64,000 bases of DNA from assembly GCA_050084515.1 (NCBI GenBank), contig CM114271.1:48298001-48362000 (forward strand). Reading direction: 5' to 3'. Below, piece after piece: positions 55,356 to 64,000 of this stretch. The notes below the pieces were generated by a model. The model was not told where the DNA came from, did no database searches, and saw only the letters and a list, made by a program, of their open reading frames with translations. The position numbers and the translations under genes are program-made. Source of the DNA: Blasia pusilla. Taxonomy: Eukaryota. Each line of letters starts with the position of its first letter. Position 1 is the stretch's first letter.

Positions 55356-55959
55356 TTGTCATGTCTTTTAGGGTAGATCAATGAGATCTAGTAAAGCGCC
55401 TTCACAAGTAGTGGAGGATAGGCTCAAGAGGTCGAGAATGACCTGTTGGGGCCCTGGGAAACCTGAGAGAGCAGGTTTCCCCTTCGTTTCGGCTCATTTG
55501 GAGCCATATACTTACTATTTTAGGCAAACACCATTTTGAGTATATGCTCGACTTTCTATTTTTGTTAAGTGGCCCTTGACCTCCTACATCATGTCAAGAG
55601 CCAAGGAGGTGACTTGGGAGCATAGGTTATCATGGAGAGAGTTTGGGAGAGGGGAGGGGTATACCTCAAGGAGAGAGAGCTTGAGAGCTCATTCTCTCTT
55701 TGTTGAACCTCTTTGCATGAGGCAGAGGAGCTTGCTTGCCTTGTGTGTGTAACCCAAGCCTCTCATTAGAAGAGTGGGTTTGGTTTGACATTGAGAGAGA
55801 TATGTGAGAGTGCACACATTTGAGAGCTATGATGTTGAGAGAGATTGGATCTTGATTTATAAAGAGAGAATGATATGAGTGAGAGAGCTTCATGGGGGAG
55901 CTCGCTGGTCACTTGCTGGTTTTGCAGGTTGGGGATTGTATTCCCCGTTCAGCAGTTCA

Positions 55960-57975
55960 TGGGAGTGCTCACCGGAGCCGGAGGCACTCATTTTTTATGT
56001 TTCCTTTGTCGATTTTTTGTGTGGAAGAGTGGCGTGCGGAAGCGCTGCCCAATTTTTGATAGGGATTGAGTATGGGGGAAAATTTCCCCATGCTAGTGCT
56101 CTTAGGAGCACCATGTAGCTTTTTGATTTGTGTTTTCATAGGTTTTACATTTTTGTTGGGAAAAATCAATGCGGAAGCATTGCCAAATTTTACGTAGGAG
56201 AAAAAGACGTTGGGCTTTACGACAATCCCCATCAATTTTAACTGGAATGTCCGATTCAAAATATTTTTTGATGTCGTTGTAGATCCTGAAGTTATGCACA
56301 TTGCGCAATAGACAATACATGATTTGGAGTGCAAGAAAATAGTTATGGTCAATCTTGAAAAACTGCCATTGCTAGCTGATTTTTAGGGTAAAATTGTTCA
56401 AAACCTAAACCAGCCGCCGCACCGGCGGCGGCCGTCGTTGTCATAGTCACCATCATCGACGATCAACCATTACCATCGACGGTCAACCGTCACCGATCCA
56501 CCGTCATCGTCAACGGTCCACCATCTACCGTCGGCCGCTGCCGCCGCCGCCTAGCGCTGCTTAGAGCCGCATTTGAACGTTGTCCACCCTTGGTTGCCAT
56601 TGCCGCCATCACGGAGTGGAGGGTCTTCCACGACAACCATTGATTCTGTGACTTGCGCCACCACCACATACTTTGTTTTGGTCGTCATCGTCATCGCATT
56701 TTTGTCATCAACCAGTGATGGTAGGTGATCTGGGGTTATGGTGTTTTAGTTTTCGTTTCATTCTGCTATGTTGTGATTAGTAGCCGCTCGACAATAATCG
56801 AGTACCGTGTCGTGACATCCGTAACCGCAACGCGCCGTCGATTTCCGTGCCATGCCGCTCGTGGCCGCACCGCGCCATCTCGATCGCGGAGCCGCTCCTT
56901 CACTAAGGAGCATAGCGTGTGTATTACTGATTGAGGAGGATATGGCGCCGAGTGCCGCACCCCATTCCCGAGTGCCGTGCCGTTTGTAGCCATTCCGTGC
57001 CGCCAGTGCCGCACCGGACCGCTAGATCTGCACCGCACATGGAGGAGGTTTGAGCAGCGTTAGTACGAGATGAGTATGACTTGCTAATTCAAGGAGTTGT
57101 CTTCACAATCGAGTTTGGGTCAAGATTTGTAGTTGCCAAGGAGCGACATCAACATTATTGTCAGGTTACCCATTATGGTCTCTTACCCTGCACGTGTGAG
57201 GGATTTTTGAGTATTGGGAAGTTATTTGGGATATTGGGTTTCATGTTGATGCTAAGAGCATCAATGATGTATGGATTTAGGAGACATAGACGTGTGTGGG
57301 ATGTCCAGAGTTGAGGATGGTTTGTTGATGAGACGATAGATCAGTTGATTTTCCGTACCACGTCGCTTGTTGCCCCACAACACACGTCTTAGTGAGAGAG
57401 TGTAGATTGAGTGCCGCATGTTGGATTGAGTGATTGAATGATTACTCAAGAGATTGAGAGTGATCGTGTGAGAGGGGCACGAGGGTCATCACGGCGTCCT
57501 TTCAGGATTTGAGTGGCAAGGTAGTGGATCTGAGAGCAGCTCTGGAGGGTTTACTCGGAGTGGTGCGAGGTTTCAAGGGTCTCCAGTTGAGAGACCATCT
57601 CGATCTCCTTCAGACGAGGGGGAGCGTCTAGAGGAGTGTGTTAGTGATCCATTGTACATATTGAGTGGTCCTACCAGTTGGGCGTACGAGATGCACGATC
57701 GGGATACAGGACCGCGTAGTTTTTCGGGATGATGTAGGCACTATAGAGCTACACAACTTCATTGCGGAGTTTAGGAGTTGGTGTGACTCACAATGGGCTT
57801 GGAACTCTAGGGAGTTCAACCTGTTTACAATATGGAACGGTATATTCCAGCATTTAGAGGGGGTGCCCATGGATGATTACCATGAGTTCTCCCACAGATA
57901 TGCCCAGGAGATTGAGGCATGGCGACTCTACTATGACCCACACTATGTGTCATGGACGGAGCCGTTCCCAAATGA
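55960..57975 (+). mobile_element. Gypsy-like retroelement fragment B (same family as A, inverted)
   Basis: ORF 57665-58012 HNFIAEFRSWCDSQWAWNSREF...RLYYDPHYVS matches 52205-52435; 56770-57430 matches the reverse complement of 52620-53270; 55990-56340 matches the reverse complement of about 55030-55350. Confidence 0.7.
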
Positions 57976-60900
57976 AGAGGAGTGGAGGCTGATCCTCTTC
58001 TCAATTATATAGGGTATGTACAAGCAACCCTAACCCTAACCTTAACCATAGTCTCGAGTTAGACTAATTGTGATAAACTAATCCTAGTTAAGATAATAGT
58101 GCTTAATTGACTAACCAAGATTAAGCTTCCCTACTTTGTGTGAGTACCAAATGTAGCAGTTCGGGTGTCTCATGAGCTTGATTGTAACTCAATCTTCAAT
58201 ACTCCCCCTTAAGCTCATATCGATATCTCTACCGCCTAAGTCATTTCTAAACATATCAAACTTATCTCTAGACAATGTCTTTGTAAAGATGTCAGCAATT
58301 GGCTGATCTCTACCTATATACACAAGATCAATTTCTCCTACGAGTACTTTCTCTCTGATAAAATGAGCGTGGACCTCAACATGCTTTGTACGAGCATGAA
58401 ACATAGGGTTATTAGCAAGCTTGATACTACTAATATTCTCTGCATATATTACACTAGGTCCTACGTTTCTCACACCAATCTCAACAAGTAATCGATGAAG
58501 CCTCACCAGCTCACATGCTGCATTGGTTGCTCCTCTGTACTCAGCCTTTGTTGAAGATACAACAACTATAGGTGCTTGCATAAACTGGCTCACTAGGCCA
58601 ACACCATAACTCAAATTTGGTTTGGTTATAGTTAGAAAGATCAAACTTCCAATCATGCGCCTTTACATATTAGAATCTGCAAGTAACTCTCCTTCATCCA
58701 CTCTTAGCTTCACACTCTGGTCCAACGGTCTAGAGATTGGCTTACAAGCCGTCATATCATATTTTGAAAGCATATGACGAGCATATTGTCATTGTAGTAA
58801 CCACATGCTCTCTCCAACCTTGATAAACTCAATATCAAGGAAGTACTTGAGTTCTCCCAAGTCCTTCATATTAAATTCTGCTTGTAACTTAAGGTTGACT
58901 TGTTGTACCATTTCTTCAGTGCTCATAGTAATCAGGAGATTGTCAACATACAACACAATGAGAACCATATGATCTTGTCCTCTCAAGATATATAACGAGG
59001 AGACAGAATCACATACCCTAAAACCCAACTCTTGTAAGACGTATGTAATCTTGCCATACCTAGCTCTTGGAGCTTGTTTGAGCCCGTATATAGCTTTCTC
59101 AACCTCCATACGTGAAATGGAAATTTGGGATGCTCGTATCCATGTGGTTGAGTCATATATACCTCCTCGTATAGATCGCCATTCAAGAAGGCATTCTTGA
59201 CGTCCATGTGATGTAATCTCTACTTCTTACTTATTGCAACTGCAATCACTGTTCTCGTAGTCGCCATCTTTGAAATAGGGCTAAATGTTTCCTCAAAATC
59301 GATACCATATTATGTTTGATTCTCAACATCCACTCCTCTGAGCACCATTAATTTGATCGGCCCCCTTGTATGAGGAGAAGCCTATATTGATGTTTCTGAC
59401 TTAGACGTTGAAGAAATCATAATAATATGACGGAGGTGGTTTACGGAGTAGCGGTACTAGGATTATCTAATCCTATATTGCATCAGGGTGCGGGACACCC
59501 TGATGTGTCATGGGGGTCCGAAGGTACAGCCACAGGAAATTTTTTCTATTAATAGAAACGAAGAAAAATAGGTAAAAATCCTAGTTTTCCCGAGTAGTGA
59601 AATAGTCGGGAGCCGCAACGGTAGCGCATTCTCGTATGTCAAGTTATCTCCATATTCAGGTTCCATCAAAGCTCTTTTGTGAGCGCACGGACGGACTAGG
59701 CCACTTTGTGTCTCTAAGTTATGTAAAGATTTCAGTGATTTCATCACTTTCTGTTTTCTCACATATTATTGTGCATAGCCCTTAGCCACCAGTCTCGCTT
59801 TGTATGTGTTAATTACACCATCTTGATTGCGTTTGATTTTGTAAACCCATTTGCAAAAAACAGCTTTCTTAGCGCAAGGTATATCAACCAGCTCCCATGT
59901 TTGTTGATGTCTTAATGCAACAAGCTCTTCCTCCATGGCTTTAATCCATTCGACTTTACTTGCAAAACTTCTTCAAAACAACTCGGCTCCTATTCTTGAA
60001 GGGTAGTCATCATATATGCATGATGTGTGGCAAGGAAACCTTGTACTTGGGGAAGTTGAAGACAATATCTGTTGGTTTACAATCATATTTTGCCCCTCAA
60101 TAGACCAGTTTAGAGGTGGAATAGGCTCAGATGGAGCATACCATGACTTTGGCTCATCAAAGACAACATCTCGACTAATAATAAGATGCCTAGAGGATGG
60201 AATGTAGCACTTATACCCCTTAGTTCCATCAACATAGCCAATGAAGATACATCTTTCAGACTTGGGGTCTAATTTCTGACGTCTCTGAGAAGGAACATGA
60301 GCATAACAAATACAACCAAATACTTTCAAGAAAGAAAAATCAGGTTTACTTCCTATAAAGACTTCGAATGGAGTTTTATCATAAACTCCTGCTATTGGAG
60401 TTCGCTTGATTAAGAAGAGTGCACATGCTACAGTCTTTGCCCAATACACCTTAGGCATGTTCTTCTCATTCAACATAGCTCGTGCTGCTTCAACAATATG
60501 TTGATTCTTCCTCTCAGCCACTCCATTTTTTTTATGGAGTATAACGGCAAGTCACTTGACGTTGGATGCCATTCTGACGTAAATAATCATCAAACTCTGT
60601 TGAAAGATACTCTCCTCCTCTATCACAACGCAATTTCAGAATGTGTTCACCAGTCTGCTTCTCTACTAGAACTCTAAATGTTTGGAACATTGAGAATACC
60701 TCTAACTTGGCTTTGAGAAAGTATATCCATATATACCTAGATAAGTCATCAATAAATGAAACAAAGTACTGGAAAACACTAAGGCTATGTTGTGATGCCG
60801 TCCACACATCACTGTGGATCAACTCCAATATTCTGGATGCTCTTCTACCTTGCTTTGGAAAAGGAAATCTAGCTTGTTTTCCAAATGGCAAGTAGGACAT

Positions 60901-61824
60901 ACCTCTAACGTAGCAGGACTCGCTAATTTAGGGAGTCCTATTACTATATTAGATGATGAAAGACTCTGTAATCTTTGAAGATTCATATGTCCAATTCTTT
61001 TATGCCACACATTTAAATCTGAGACTTGTTGGCCGGTTTGACCATACATTGCAGTTTGAATCTCCGGCATAGAAACATCTAATTTGAATATTCTGCCAAA
61101 TCTAGTTCCTTTGGCTATCGTAGTCTGGTCATCCATTATTTCAATTAAACAACCATCTGCGTTGAACTTCACTTGATAACCCTGTTCTACTATCTGTCTT
61201 ACAGAGATCATATTTCTTGCAATGGTAGGAACATAAAGAATATTTCCAAGAGCACAAAGACCATCTGATGCTATTGGAACTTTACTAGTATGCGTGATAT
61301 GATGTTGAGTGTCATCTCCTATGAGCACAATTGCAAGATCTTCAACGGCTCCAAACTACTGAACTATTTAGCTTGTGAGGTCATGTGATTTGATGCACCA
61401 GAGTCAATGTCCAATATGCTGTCGAGTCTTTCTTGACCATTGCTTCCATATGATGAGTCATGACCAAGAGATGCTCCGTTTGTGAATGTTGTTGTTCTTG
61501 GTACTGCTCTTGGTGTTGTTGCTCCACATAGTTTTGTTGCTGTAAGGCTCTTGTTCTCATATCTGCCTTCTTCTTGAAGCAAAACTTTGCATAGTGACCC
61601 TTTATCCCATAGTAATTGCAAGATCCAGGGACCCTATGCTGCTGACCTCGACCCCAACGGTTTCCACCATCACCACCTTGTGATTGTGTCTGGTACTGGT
61701 TCGTAGTTGATTGAGTGACGTTATATTGAGTGCCTCTTTCTCCATATGCTTGATATCCACCACAACCACGGAAGCTTCTACCACGACCCTTGCCTCTATT
61801 TGATCCATAACCTGCAAATAGCGA
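57972..61824 (-). mobile_element. Ty1/copia copy 3 (5'-truncated in gag; partial 3' LTR 57972-58201)
   Basis: DIDSGASNHMT, LELIHSDVW, MDVKNAFLNGDL, YGLKQAPR, LYVDNLL, HARTKHVEV; PPT at 58202; LTR homologous to copy 1. Confidence 0.94.
59313..59763. mobile_element. Solo LTR, 451 bp, inserted in copia copy 3 RT
   Basis: TGTTTG...CTCACA termini; 5-bp TSD TATTA at 59308-59312 and 59764-59768; removing it restores the AKGYAQ..YGIDFEETF region. Confidence 0.88.
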
Positions 61825-62230
61825 GGTGCGGTAAGAGGAGAGGAAGAGAGGAGAGAGGAGAGAGGAAACTACCTTCAACTGAAAGAGATACTTTTTTTTA
61901 AGAGAGTTTCCTATGATTTGAAGAGGGTTTCCGTTGGGTTGAAGAGAGGAAACTTTTTGTGTGAATTTTTTTGCACTTTTCTATTCAGTTCTTAAGCACT
62001 CCCATAGTTTTTTTTTCCTCTTCCACATTTGGGCAACCCCTCTGAGTCTGATGAGTTGCAAATTGCACAAAATTTATAAAATTGAAAAAATCAATGGAAT
62101 CATAAGTGTGGAACCAATCACTTTTTCCATCCAAGATCTGGGAAAAATCTATCATTTGCCCTGGGCTAAATAGAGTTGAAGCTCAAAGTGAAGGTTTTGG
62201 AGAATGAATCTAAAACCTCATTTTGCATCC

Positions 62231-63480
62231 TTATAGTGGTTTGTTTAGAATACTTCGCACTTCTTTGAGGGACAGAATTGGTTGGTGGATTCCTACTCCT
62301 ACCTCCGACTCTCTTAAAACTACAAGCAACACATAATACATGTGCTTATAAGGGAAATACCTTTTGCCACTTGTCTCTCTTTGGATAAAGTCATCATATG
62401 AACATGTGGGAAAGCAACAGATGTGCACCACATACACCCGTGTGACACTTGAATTTACAGTGTTGTTCCTCACCCAATAATTCCTTCCTATTCCATTGCC
62501 ACTATGGACATCTTTTGTGGCGATGATCTCCATTTTTGCCTCTTGAGCTGATGCAATTCGCTTTGCTCTCTCCACCGTTGGCCTACACATTCTGTTTCTC
62601 TTCACCCCATCTCTAGACTCAAACAGAAATAATGGATTGAGATCATCCACCTTCTCCAGGTACATGTTGACATCAATCTTGGGTTGAATACGAAATGCAA
62701 AGGTCTCTGTAATGCAAACATGCTCCGAACTTCCTCCGTCTACGAGTCTGAAACCGGCACTTCTAAGATTGTCCACTTCGTCTTAAGTGCAATTCGTACC
62801 TGCGACAATGGGCCAAATCGTGGGGGTATTCCCCGGAGCTCCAATGGCAGCCGGATAAGAGTTCCAAAAAGCGCAAGATTCATTTGGGTAGAAGAAGTAC
62901 TTTAATTGATCCCCGGTCCTCGTGAAATGATCAAAGGTTTTTCCCCAAAACCCAGGCAGTGGTCGTCCAGTCCTTGTACAGTTCATATTTAGGAAAGTGC
63001 CTCATGCTCTCCTAATGCCATCAGATCCTGCTCTGCAAGTGGGTCCACGTCCAGGGTTGCTCCGAGATATATGCCATCGTTTCAGGTTGCAATCCACCTC
63101 CATGACCGGAATCCCATATTGTTGAACCACCCCAGCCACCGGATGTTGCGAACTTCTAGCAACGGAGGGCTTGTGAAATAAAACATTCACTGATTTTGGA
63201 GAAGTTACTCCATGAGGGATTTGGGAGCAATCCAATTTGCATTGGGACACGGAAACAAAAAAAGGAACTGGGTGCTTCGCAACCCACGTTCCCAAATTCT
63301 GCAACCCATCGGACTCCAACACGTTGCAACAAAATTGAATCCATCATGTCAAATAGTCTCACCTACCAAACTTCATCTTGTCACTCAAATTCCGTCAGGA
63401 GAATCTGAGTCCCTATTCACTATAAATTGAACATTCTCATTCTCATTCTCATATCCATTCCCATTCTTATTCTCAGTCTC
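62231..63480 (-). pseudogene. Degenerate SWIM zinc-finger protein, probably TE-encoded
   Basis: ORFs 63002-63322, 62783-62986 and 62231-62776 share one frame separated by single stops; C-terminal YVVHICCFPTCS(Y)DDF...P(Y)KHMYYV fits SWIM CxC...CxH with two Cys-to-Tyr changes. Confidence 0.65.
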
Positions 63481-64000
63481 CTCCCAGTGAATCTTCTGGG
63501 AATGGATAATTATGTGAAGCTCACTTGTGGCAGTCATCTAGCGGCCCTTCCTCAATCAGAAATCGTTCGACCATAAGCTCGTGAGTCTTTCATACTAGTG
63601 GATGAAATTTTTCTCTCAGTTCGATTTCTTCTCCAAATTGGAACCATCTTTGTGTCGAAGGATGTTAGAGTGGACGGCACAAAGGACATAATAGGTGAGA
63701 TAATCCAGCTGGTGATTGCAGACCATAAAGTATGGAATCTCCTACCTCTAGCAAATGGTCAATACAGAGTTTACGGCTTGCCTCTGAATTCCTCAGTTTC
63801 CCAAGTAGACGGTAGAGAATTTCCTAGTGCACCGAGCTCTACGTTTGCAACTCCTAGCTCAGTAGATCCGGCATCGACTCCAACTTCATATGTTCGTTAC
63901 AATGTTGAACTTCCTGAAGAAATTCTTGATGTTTTCAACCTTAGTGGATCACTCAGACACCAATCGGGCCCTTTGTCCGCCTACTCGTTCCTCTTGCGAA

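Noticed and set aside
55357..55960. Spacer starting TGTCATG as another LTR
   Set aside because: No matching CA end, TSD or second copy identified.
56942..56955. TGGCGCCGAGTGCC as an Athila/Tat-type PBS
   Set aside because: Not preceded by an LTR-like CA end and not conserved in the inverted sister copy.

Overview
Eukaryotic, repeat-dense land-plant DNA; a non-seed plant is my inference from the gene and TE repertoire and is not proven. Only two intact host genes are visible, arranged tail-to-tail in an island at about 38-46 kb. One is a 6-exon VPS38/UVRAG-like gene (+, 38933-41369). The other is a 4-exon, probably plastid-targeted ABM/dimeric alpha-beta-barrel protein (-, 44181-45801). The rest is nested, decayed transposon DNA: a Helitron with an intact 3' terminus, three copies of one Ty1/copia family whose LTRs start TA instead of TG and carry TTAGGG repeats next to the TATA box, a hAT remnant, and a full-length 18.2 kb CACTA element (TIRs plus AAT TSD) inserted in copia gag. 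The CACTA element itself carries a (CT)n-flanked LINE, a solo LTR and a telobox-bearing ~340 bp tandem array. The right half holds a Ty3/gypsy 5' fragment, the 3' end of a second CACTA, two divergent copies of a gypsy-like family lacking a TGG-type PBS, a second solo LTR and a degenerate SWIM-finger ORF. I see no prokaryotic-type systems, CRISPR arrays, rRNA or tRNA genes. Boundaries were read by eye; those not anchored by a TSD, TIR or splice site are approximate.
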